Part shown: piece by piece, positions 1-10,737 of the stretch | Layout: every line of letters starts with the position of its first letter | Position numbering within the stretch: position 1 is the stretch's first letter | Origin: Fimbriosthenelais zetlandica | Lineage: Eukaryota | Direction of reading: 5' to 3' | Length of the DNA: 64,000 nt | Assembly (NCBI GenBank): GCA_977030845.1 | Contig: OZ365114.1 | Location: forward strand, 25,792,001-25,856,000 | Position numbers and translations under genes: made by a program | The notes under the pieces: model-generated | Database searches by the model: none | The model's input: the letters and a program-made list of their open reading frames with translations, nothing else | Told to the model about the DNA's origin: nothing

Positions 1-212
1 AATGAATAGCATGGGCAGTGAGAGTCAACTTGGGGTTTATTTGGCATCCATGGCGAGAATGAGATGCCAACAGTGGCAAGTAGGAGAAACCAACAGTGGC
101 CCTATAACAGAGCAGCTGCACCAACAGTGCCCCACTGTTAGGATTTATAACAGCCCAAGTACTAAAGGAATAAATCGATATACGAATAATTTCAAGGCAT
201 TATTGCACATAC

Positions 213-402
213 ACATATCGTTCTCCTCTTTGTCTGGGTTCACTCGTCTCAATATACATGAACCATTGGCCTGCACGGGCACTAGGTGGACCAGTTCCTA
301 TGGTAGGAGTACCGCCCCTCTGTCGAGTCCAAGCAAATGCTCCCTGAACGCCAAACATCCCACACAGGCTGGTTTCAAAATCGCAGACAAATGGAAATGG
401 GG
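213..402 (-). CDS. MAM-domain protein exon, MAM2 N-half (gene continues off the window)
   Basis: tttcag|CC...GT|gtatgt; PFVCDFETSLCGM...AWTRQRGGTPTIGTGP...FMYIETSEPRQRGE. Same phase 1->2 as the MAM1 N-half exon. Confidence 0.9.
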
Positions 403-1593
403 CTGAAACGATATACAAATCAGTCAGCAATCACAGTAGATGATGGGAAATGATTCCTGGAACAGCTTGGAAAAGAATATTTTGCCCTAATAGAATATAC
501 CTGCATGTATTATGATCATAGTTGTGGAAAATTATGGTGCAAGAAATGTATGTATCTATGTAATAAATTGTGTAGTGTAACATGCAGATTGGTGTTGAGA
601 ACATGTATGCATATTTATTTGAGATGCGTATGGAAAGCTCTCAGAAATTTGTTAATAATTGAATTGACAACCCTAAATCATTAGCTATATATAATTAGTC
701 AGTGTTTGATTGAAGGGAAATGCTGTGTGAAGACTTGGCCTAGGGTTAGGTCACTATAGGCTTAATAATCTAATGTATGGGGTTAATATGGATCCATGGT
801 GGATGTATTCTGAAGATAATGTTGAGGTTACGCTTTGCGAATTTCGTCAGTCAACTTTAAATAAATGCATACCAGTACATGAGTCAAAGTCGGACATTGA
901 ACATAAATAGGAATTTCGGGACAGAAATGAGTACGGTAGGAATTGGTTTCACAACATAGATACAAAGACAAGCACAAACATACAACCCTCCCTATTATAC
1001 AAACTAGGAGTGGGCCTACTATACATTCTCTACATCTACTTCCTATCACAAGCACTCCCTTTCCTCTCCTCAAACAAAAATGCAATTTGGTTATTTTCAA
1101 ATGAACAAACAAAATATTTTTGAAAAAATAGGGGTTAGACAAATGCGAACTAATTATTCTGGGAATTGCTATTTTTGACACAAAATCTTATATTAAACCC
1201 ACTGTACCTGAGTCCAACAACCCTAAGTGGAACCATCCCCTGCCTTAACAAATGCTAGTATACGTGGAGTCTAAAACCAAATCACCAGTGCATATTTGTT
1301 AAACGGAAATCATGGTGAAACGTCTGCAACCAAACATCATACTTTCCCATTTTCTTTGCTTTGTTCAAGCCAATCTAAATCTACTAGTAAAGAAACTTAG
1401 CTATGACTTAGTTAAAAGTTACAAAAATAGTCAACTGAATTTGATAGATACGAGTAACGTGTATTGATTTCTCCACATGACAAACTGAATAATATGCTTA
1501 CTGTTTTTCATGAAACAAAATGAGCATATTGTAAAGCCAAGAAAAAGGGAAATATATAAAGATGATTTGATTAATCTTGGTTTTTAAGATTAC

Positions 1594-1644
1594 CCTCATT
1601 CTGTCTAGTTGTAGTAGTGGACGGTTCTGGAGTAGTTGTCGTAT
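1594..1644 (-). CDS. MAM-domain protein, Thr-rich linker exon
   Basis: tctag|AT...GAG G|gtaatc; (D)TTTTPEPSTTTTRQNE; symmetric phase 1->1, fits between MAM1 and MAM2. Confidence 0.6.
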
Positions 1645-3146
1645 CTAGACTCACATAAAGACAGCACATTTTAAACACAAACATTGACAGGTAGCATCTC
1701 CAAGACATATACATGTATACAAATAAAGGGACTTGTTATAAGACAAATACTCATACGCCCTTCACTCAGTGATATGCCAGAAACAGGTACCAAGTTCACC
1801 CTTAATTTCAGTTAGGAGATAATGATATCAGAAGTGTTCATAAATGGTTTAAATTTCTTTTAATTTAAAAGCCAAGAAACACATTTTGGTGAAGGGAGTA
1901 CAAGCAACCATGAATGGTAAGGACTAACATCAACACTGGGGAAAGTAGGTAACAAGTTTCGCGGCCATAAATCTTACCTGACAAATGAGTTTAATTGTAA
2001 TTATAAACATAAGATGGTCTTCAATGTAGCTTGGGTTTATTACATTGATATTAAGACTCAGAAGCAAATAAAACTTGTTCCTTGGCTACAGACACAATCA
2101 TACACCAGTATCTTTCTTACTTTTTAAACAAGATGTCGGACACACTTTAACACCACATTTTACTTAGAGAACATGAGACAAATACTAGACGTCCCACAAT
2201 TATTTTTGGGTGGGTTGGGTTCGCTGTGTTGCGCGACAGAAGGCTGGGTGTGTGGTGAATTCTATTTCTCACAAGCCCTATTAGACCTACTATTATCCGG
2301 GCAGGGCTTGCCACAACCATAGACACAACACAACAATCTCCAAAAAGAGCGATCATGAAGAAATCTGTTAGAAACCGATTTCTCACGTCATATTATGGGG
2401 TCATGTTTAGACTGACCAAGAGCATAAATTGCAGCTCAACAAAAGTATAGTCTTTCAGATAGTGTGATAGACAAACTGAACGTATTAAGGTTGGTGATCG
2501 TCCAACAGTTTGTGTATGTATACACACTTTCAACAACTTCAACAAGGATGTAGAAAGTAATGTATTTGACTGAGTGAATTATTATGAAAGTCATTTGTTC
2601 TGGGGGGAATATTGTCCGTTGAAAAGACCTAAAGTGTTTAGAAAAGTGCAAGGTCAGAGTGAGTTGGACTGATTATTAGAAAGCAGAGACAGTTAATTTA
2701 CTGAATACTGTAATACAAGTGAAATCTGGCGTGGCTTGTGGACTGCAGTTACTGTAGAAGGTTAAATTGACATGTCACTAGGGTTAATAATGTTCATAAC
2801 TTTCATGTCTATTCATATTAACACAAAAAAGTGAGGTACTTCAAAAATACAACCGGAGGAAATAATACTTATAACATTCCTCTTCATGGGTGGAAAGAAG
2901 AAAAGTCAGGGAACACGGATTATTTTCTGTGTGAGGTGATCATGTGTGGAAAATTGTTTGACACAGAAATATAATAAATGTAAATTTTATATAAGTATTT
3001 TTACGTATAAATATCACAAAATGATATCATTCAAGAAAGCAATTAAGCAATACTATTGCTTAATACAATTAGTATTGATGTTTCTCATATTTACTTTGGT
3101 ATGATAAATTGAATTGTATCTGGTTATGAATGTGTAAATGACCTAC

Positions 3147-3285
3147 CTTGTATTGGTGGTGTAACAGTAGTAATTGTACCATCACCTTCACATCTGCCAG
3201 GTGTGACCACTATGCTGTCCAAAGCGATATCGCCTGACCATCCAGCTCCTTGCCGATTACCTCCTCGAATACCGCGAAATACAAT
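3147..3285 (-). CDS. MAM-domain protein exon, MAM1 C-end plus linker
   Basis: gatcag|ATT...CAA G|gtaggt; IVFRGIRGG...SGDIALDSIVVTPGRC fits the MAM IVFxG..GDIAxDxI...C end. Phase 0->1. This frame is not in the ORF track. Confidence 0.9.
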
Positions 3286-3408
3286 CTGATCAGAGAACAA
3301 GATTTAAAGCTCATGCAGTCTGTCACTAACATTGGAATATCGACTGGAATACATAAAATATGAAGTTGTGATTTTAAAAAAAATGATGCTGAGAGGGAAT
3401 TTACGTAC

Positions 3409-3622
3409 ATCGTCTTGTGTATTTTGTAAGGTAACCGTTTCCCTTCTCCGTAGCCAGTTTTCACCCATGCTCCGTCCAACTTGAAATAGTCGGTCTCCAG
3501 CATTGGGCCGTGCCCCAGCAGGTCGTTTATTGACAATAAGTTGACCAAGAGAAGTTCCTAACGCATGATAATAGTAATCTAAACACACCTGGCCAACATG
3601 ACCCAATGGTCCAGTGGATAGC
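3409..3622 (-). CDS. MAM-domain protein exon, MAM1 middle
   Basis: cattacag|G...GAT|gtacgt; LSTGPLGHVGQVCLDYYYHALGTSLGQLIVNK...LFQVGRSMGENW fits the MAM CLxFxYH.G..G.L.V...G..W pattern. Phase 2->0. Confidence 0.9.
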
Positions 3623-3699
3623 CTGTAATGACAAAACAGTGAAACGTCATATAACTTCTGTAACATCCTCATCCTTATCCATGGCTCTTCCATCCCACC

Positions 3700-3895
3700 C
3701 CCTTCCAGCTCGAGATATGGCCCTTCCAGCTCAAGATCTGACGCTTGCAGCTCAAGAAATGACTTTTCCAGCTCCAGGTCTTGGGCAGAAATGGCCAGAC
3801 CTGGACCTGGTAGGGCCCAATCTTGGGCTGTAAGGGCCAAATCTTAAGCTGGCAGACCCTTTTTTGAACTGGAAGGGCTAGGTCTTGGGCAGAAA
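3700..3895. repeat. Degenerate 21-bp-period minisatellite in a MAM intron
   Basis: Units cccttccagctcgagatatgg / cccttccagctcaagatctga / cgcttgcagctcaagaaatga / cttttccagctccaggtcttg, then related units, partly inverted. Confidence 0.75.
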
Positions 3896-4025
3896 TGGGG
3901 GATGGGTGGTGGTGGTAGGCTGGAGATTGACATGTATAGGCCTACCTGGTACATAAACCATCACAATTTTAAGAAGTGTTAAAAAATTAAATAACTAGAA
4001 GCAGATAGTTGTTATGAATTGTTAC

Positions 4026-4254
4026 CATGCTTCATCTCCTGGTTGTCTTGGGTCGCTGACCTCCAAATATACATAGTATCCACCGCCTCCCTGACCAGTG
4101 GACGGACCCGTCCGGTCATTGTCATTGGTATGTAAAAGACCTGAGGGTGTTCTCCCCTGGTTCAACGTCCAATCAAATTGGTCTCCACCTAGTTGCTTCA
4201 TTTCACATAATGTCGGTGAACCATTTGGTGTCTCAAAGTTACAGCCGAATAGAA
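4026..4254 (-). CDS. MAM-domain protein exon, MAM1 N-half
   Basis: ctctag|TT...TG|gtaac; LFGCNFETPNGSPTLCEMKQLGGDQFDWTLNQGRTPS...TGPS...YYVYLEVSDPRQPGDEA fits the MAM pattern CxFE..C..FDW..TPS..TGP..Y.Y.E.S. Phase 1->2. Confidence 0.9.
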
Positions 4255-4317
4255 CTAGAGGGAAGAAGAAGGAATATATTTACATATACACATTATGGTG
4301 CAAATGATGAATCTTTT

Positions 4318-4338
4318 GAGAGAGAGAGAGAGAGAGAG
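4318..4338. repeat. (GA)n microsatellite
   Basis: Direct reading of an uninterrupted GA run. Confidence 0.95.
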
Positions 4339-4550
4339 TACATTGGTAAATCGGTGAAAAGCGAATTTTTAGATATATGCATCAGGATTGGTGAACAAGA
4401 AGAAGTTTTCCCTATAAGGAAGTACATTATATTTTAGCTATATCGATTTGTGTTTCTTTGAAGTCCAAAATTGGATAGATGAACCAGAAAGGCGAAGACT
4501 TATACAAGTTCTGTTTGGTACAATGAAAGGATCATCAAGGTAATACATAC

Positions 4551-4647
4551 CGCCCGGAATTTGGTCAAACGCCTGCACCACTAGGACATCTACTGATAGC
4601 AGCAGGAAGCAGAGTATGCCCTGAATGATAACTTCTGATGATGACAT
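4551..4647 (-). CDS. MAM-domain protein, probable first coding exon (signal peptide or anchor)
   Basis: MSSSEVIIQGILCFLLLSVDVLVVQAFDQIPG, hydrophobic core; phase-1 donor G|gtatgt matches the next exon. The start is uncertain because an internal acceptor at 4620 is also possible. Confidence 0.6.
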
Positions 4648-7600
4648 GTTGCCTTGTCTTTACCTTCTAAGATTTACTGATAATCTACTGCCTTACACCT
4701 GACTCAAGTACACTCCCTGGCCGACCACCACTGTACAGCCATGTACCACCACCCAGGGGCTTCTCTACATTCGTGATGTCACCTGAAAAAATCAGAAAAC
4801 TTAGATTAGATAACTGAACATCAATGACAGATGAAATGTTCTTAAACAAGGCACATCGCCTCTGAATATCTCTACACATATCTCTGTCTACAATGTATTT
4901 AGTCACTACCTTATTGATTACATACTTCAGGGAATTTGGATATTGCAGTACGCAAGACAGAACGCCAGATTGTTTTTTTCAGCACACTTGTTTCAGACTA
5001 AGGGGAATCAGTCTACAGGAATGTTCCCTCAGCCCAACAAGCATCTTCACACTTGATTGGTTTTGTGGGTAGAGCAGGAAATAATCTGCCGACCAGTCGG
5101 TCAGTCTCTGATGGATGGACTGCGCCTCGGCAGAAAGCATGCTATGAATACACAAGCCAACCTGCATGTCTGCATGGTCCACTACCCCAGTTTTTATCTA
5201 CATTCTACAGTTACTCTCAATGATTTCCTTATGTTTTCGTGATTGATGTCTTATGAACGACGATCAGGCTTATCAGACTGATCTGTAAGCAATCCTAAAG
5301 AGAACCCTGATTCAACTAATATTATTTTCCTTCCAGAAAGTTTTTATTGTCTGTTCAGAGGTATATAAGACCCAAGTATCCAATGCTGATATACCTTCCT
5401 TGATATTATCCTATATAGATTATGACAATAGCTGGATGCTGGTTTATGATAAGATAAACATTCAAATATTGAAGTTTGAGGAATCCTGTTTGTTCCAAGT
5501 GTATGGGTGGATCATCACTGGGTAACTCCACTATAACCTTGAGAGCTATCCACTATAAAGGTTAGATGTCAGTCATTGATCTAGCTGAATCTAGCTGAAT
5601 CTTCAGCCTTCACACTACCTGTTGGTTCCCCTAACACGCTTCAGTCACAGCAGCCGCAACCACAAGGGAAAACAGCCCATTCCTCTATATATCCATAACA
5701 TTCCCTCCTCATACCGTAAAACCTAACCATCAGAACATTGTTTAAGAACAACTGAAGTCATCATCCTTCACAATTCACATAACAATAGCAGTTAAAAATG
5801 GTAAAGTAATGTAACAGATAAGTATTTGCATCTTTCTTTCTTCAATGAATTTATCTAATATATCCATACAATACCTAACTTAACGAGTCCTAACTAACTT
5901 AACGAGATGTGCGTTGAGTTGAAAGTAAGTGGGGAAGGAATGCTCAAGTCTGAGCGAGGTGAGGCTGCAAAAGAACTAGAGAAAGAGAGACGCCGTGATA
6001 GAAAAAGAAAAGGAAAAATATAAAAATAGGGAGGAGGGGAGAGTGTTTAGAGGGAAAGCATCGGGGGAAGAATAACCAGGGTATTGATCCCTATGGATGA
6101 AAGGTTCGATCCTTCAGAGAAGTACATGTATAATGGATGGGAGGCAGGCAGCTGGAATCATCGAGCAGAGAGGAAATCTCTCCTGGGAAACAAGATGATT
6201 ATTGCACACTGCCCTATTTTTCCCAATTAACTGCGTGATAATTATTTATAGAAATATATTACATTCCTAAAGTTCAGAGGTGATGTGGGACAGGAAGACA
6301 AATTCCTTGTTAATTTTTTGTGCGTTCAAAAAAGATTATCCAGGTACTAGTATGTTCTATCTTTACCTTCCTAGTTTCAATCAGCATCGTCCATTAGTCA
6401 TTGAGAATATTCCCAATCTTTTAAGTGTATACACCAGAGCTTTTAAAGTTTTTGTTATTCCTTTACTCACCTCTCAAGGATTCATGAATCTTTAAAATCC
6501 AGGGACGTTTTGCATTAAATCCAGCAGAAAAATACTTTTATCCGTTGGGAGAGAAACGAAAGGAGATCTTCCCAATGGGACCAAGAGATCATAAAGCTTT
6601 CTCTCTGGACTGTTCAAGACTTTCTGACACAAAGTTACCATAGAGTACTAGGGGCTGAGGTTGGGACCACAGCCCAGGGGCAATTTCTGCAGTGTCCCCT
6701 AACAGATTGACATGTTGGACTCTATTGACCACTATTGTGAAGGACTATGTGTTGAGGACAAAACGGCTGCAAATGTGCAGCAGCGTCCTGTTTGGTCAAA
6801 ACATCTTTACTTTCTTAAAGACACCTCTTACTTGGTACCAAATTCGTCTTTTTTAAAGCGCGATTCATGTCTTAGGCTTTATCATTCAAATTACTTGATT
6901 AATTCATGAAATAGTTTCCAGATGTGTTGTAGGTATCGACTTAGTGGCCTTATATATCGTCATAGAATAAAGAAAACATACTGCACACATAGTAGTGCTC
7001 ATCATATATTTCTTAACCTGTTCACCAGTTAGTTATATTGAAAAAAAAAGATATCCCTCAGGGAGAATAACTCCAAATGGGAGAGAAAAAAAACGTGAGG
7101 TTCAGTAAGGTGCCAGGGCGAGGTCAGTAGCTTGGGAGGAATTATGGCTGCAAGGCTAAAACGTACACAAATCCAAACATGGGTTTTAATTTTAACTTAC
7201 ATCCAACTGTCAGCTGAACAGAGGAGAAGAACTTGGCTTGAACTCAGAAAGCATGAGTTGGGATACATGTCTGAGAAACCTGCGTCAACCCTCTTCGTTA
7301 CTAACTTTTGGGAAACTATGGGTCTACCTCTAAGGTCACCCAATACTCATTGATACATTATACTCTAAATGCATGTAAATCTTCGTTAAAATCTTTTAAT
7401 AAATGGCCCTACAGCAATGACCTTGAAATCATTGGAGCATACAAGCTTCCGGCCAATGATGACTCCAGGCTAAATTATTTCACTGAGGAACATGTTTAAT
7501 ATTGTAAAAAGATATCTATGCAATGTCAAAATTGCTGTCATTCTAAAAATTGTCCCTAGAACAAAGTTTTTCATGGACAATCAAATAAGAAATTGGTGTA

Positions 7601-7696
7601 GCATATTAAGTGGGCCTTATAAGCTTAACGGGCCAGGAAATCACTGAGTTAAAGAAGCTTTCAAAGAACCGAAATAGCAATAAAAGACTTAAAAGA

Positions 7697-7761
7697 ACTT
7701 CCGGTTTAATTCATTAGATTTGAGAGAGGCCAATGCCAACAATTATCAAAGAAACGAGCAG
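7697..7761 (+). promoter_or_regulatory. Candidate promoter and non-coding first exon
   Basis: ETS-type ACTTCCGG at 7697-7704 followed by a strong donor gcag|gtgagt at 7761/7762. Confidence 0.4.
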
Positions 7762-10628
7762 GTGAGTGATCCACTGTTACTTGCAGGCAATTACTACATG
7801 GCAGGCCTTTCATCTTGTGAGGTATATAACTGCAGTCTATTCAACAAACCACAACCCATTAATTATGCTTAAGGGAACCATTCCCTACTTCTTGGGTATC
7901 GTTTTAACTAACTAACTAACAAATATGTACCCAAATACTCTACTGATGAAAGTCTGAATTTTTAACCAGATACACTTCGATTTACATAGGACTATACATC
8001 TGGACCCTGGGAATGTCTATATATATCCAGGGTTGTACTTAGCTCCCCTCACTCTCGCCTATAGAGATCAATAAAAGGAATTGATTTAGATAACATGTAT
8101 GTATAAGAGCATCAATAATTCAAGATGGAGGTATGAAGGTGAGGACAGCGTAATACGGGATGATCATCTCTTGAGACATCAGTTGTGAATCTAGAGGGAA
8201 GGCTAGTGATCGAAATACGCAATTAATTGAGTCTTGATTAAATCGTACGATGGAATTGATTGAATAATCTGAAACCGCAGATCTATATTCATGAACTTTC
8301 TCATCTGATTTTCTGTCATATATGCACTTGGTGAATTAAGCTAATCTTGAATTTATTACAAAGCTCAGAGATGTTTGAGATGATCATTGTTGACCATTTT
8401 CCCCCACTTTCCAATTGTTATCTCGGACCCTCTCCTTCATCTTTCATACTATATTGTCATTTTATCAGATCGAACAAGGTCATTCTCTCATTGATTCTCT
8501 CATTCAAATCTACATAGGTTCTTGTAAAACCAAAGGAACTGTTACAACGAGGAAATACAATGAAAGCCCTTGTAAGATTCAGCCCACGTTTATTCCAATA
8601 TACATATGCAGCCCATGTTTGGAGCTCTAGCGATAAGGCCAGTCCATTTCCGTGACAACTCCCTACCCAAACCTAACCCTTAGCAAACATTTATTGATTA
8701 TATTGATTTCATTGGTTACTGATCGATTGATTTTCCCCCTCAAAGATAGAAGTGGTCATGCGCTAAGCCCAAATCTTCCGCTGTATTCAGCTCACATGGG
8801 AAGGAACAAAGCCCGGGGGTGGAGATTGTCCCATACGAGGGAAAAAGCAGGGCAGTATGATTATTATTTTAATCATCACAACAAGCATGACAATGTAATC
8901 ATTCTTTTCCATTTACCGTCCACTAACATGTAATATCTTACGCAAGCAATATCCCCCTTCTTGAGATAGGCAGTGCTAGAATAATATCATATAGCCTAGT
9001 GCTTACTAGTTTTCAATGGACAAGGAGAAATTTCCAATTTAAAATATAGCAATATTGATAGGCCCTGAGCATACGAGATAAATATTAGTTAAATAAGAGA
9101 TGGCTTGCTAATTAGTCTAACTAACTCATTCCACACAAATTCCCCCAAAAGTCTGTCGGTCATCTGCCAACATCTATTCCCTTAGATCCAGCCATTCCAA
9201 CAAACCCTCTTCCCTATGGACCAAAGGGGAACCAAGGGGAAACATGGTAACCTGGCAACCAACCCAAATAACACTAGAGGGCAGCAACAGGCGGGTGAAA
9301 GCTGCATAAGGTATGCAATTATTGCTAAATAAATGCATTGTTAGCAACACAAAATTACCCTACTAGACTATCAGAGTGATAGATACAATTTTAATGCAAA
9401 ACAAACCCTGAAAGACATTTGAAGGGCATTCATCCTGATCTAGGCCTTTATAGGAACAGAGAAAACAATTGATGGGGGAATTAAACATGTCCTTAAACAA
9501 GGAAACAAATATTTATAATGTTGTGTGGTACAACCTCATGCAATAAGACAGACAGGTCAATACTGTCTGGATGGTCAAATCAATTACATGGCATGGCAGG
9601 GACGAGTGTGAATAGGTTGTAGACATATATGTACTAAATGTTAGGATATCTATAAAGGCCAAAGAGGTGAACTTGGCCTAATATAGAAAATGTAACTATT
9701 GCATATAGAGGCTACTAAGTTGAATGTAGTTGCCAGCAAATATTAGGTTACATATTATCTAAAATAAGATACATGTAGGGTTATGCATGTATCTTATGCC
9801 CAACATATATGGTATGTTAAATTTTAAGTTATAGGCTATAATTCATCCATATAGATGAATGTATGGGTGATTTGGAAAGAAGAAGGAAATTGATCCGTTA
9901 TGGCCAGGGTGACAGATCATTATGGTTCAAACTATAAGTAGTAGTAAACTATTTACAAATTGTTCTAGTTAAAATTGATCGCTTTTCAGACTAGCGGGGT
10001 TCAAATATTATGCTAGCTGGATTATTAATTTAGTTTCCTTGTGTATCATGGATTAACATCACCCATCATGACAATGGAGTGGACTATACACCAATTTGAG
10101 CAAACTCAGGTCTCTGTCACTTTTTACCACCTGTCTAGGACATTTATAGATCGCCCTAGTTGGCTTCCAAACATAAATTAAAATTGCAGGAAGCTTCCCG
10201 TATTGACTCCATCCCTTCACTTAAGAGCCATGATCTTGCATTAGTCGCAATACACCTGCTAACCAATTGGTTAAAGCAACTATCGGTTGCTAACAACAGA
10301 TGCGATGGAACAATGCACGTCTGCTGTTCGTGAGATCATGCAGAAGATCTAACGATGTTACACAAGCATTTTATAAAAGAATTATCCACTCAATATCACA
10401 TAGCCTTCGTTAAATGGACTTTCAAATGTACTATTTATTATATATAATAACCCTTTCCATGCAGCAGAAGCCTTTTAAAAGGCATTGTCGTTATAGCCAT
10501 TTTTATTTTTGTTTACCAAAGTATTCCTAAACTAAAGTATATGCTATCCTTAAAAAAACATCTTTTCCTGCCCTTATCTTCGTCAATCATTTTGTTGATA
10601 GAGAAACGGGGATCTATAAAATGATTTA

Positions 10629-10737
10629 ATGAAGAAAATGGCAACAGGAAATGAAGCACGATCCGCAAATAGATTTGAGGATGTAGGTGTTACAAAGTGG
10701 GAAGACGAGGAGCCCTTGAACCGTTCTGGGTATTCAG
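10629..10737 (+). CDS. Candidate first coding exon of an unidentified gene
   Basis: Acceptor ttttgttgatag at about 10601; MKKMATGNEARSANRFEDVGVTKWEDEEPLNRSGYS then G|gtacat. No homology recognised and no convincing downstream exons. Confidence 0.3.

Noticed and set aside
2-406. 134-aa plus-strand ORF
   Set aside because: Antisense to the MAM exon at 213-402; no recognisable features of its own.
1747-1800. Minus-strand VNLVPVSGISLSEGR, SRCR-like start
   Set aside because: Phase does not fit the MAM chain and no SRCR Cys or Trp pattern follows.
3623-3840. N-terminal part of the 178-aa ORF 3304..3840
   Set aside because: Intronic 21-bp repeat; the real exon starts at the acceptor at 3622.
6050-7350. 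Possible decayed LINE or coding remnant
   Set aside because: Only vague fragments such as YIRP..IW; many stops and no RT or endonuclease motif.
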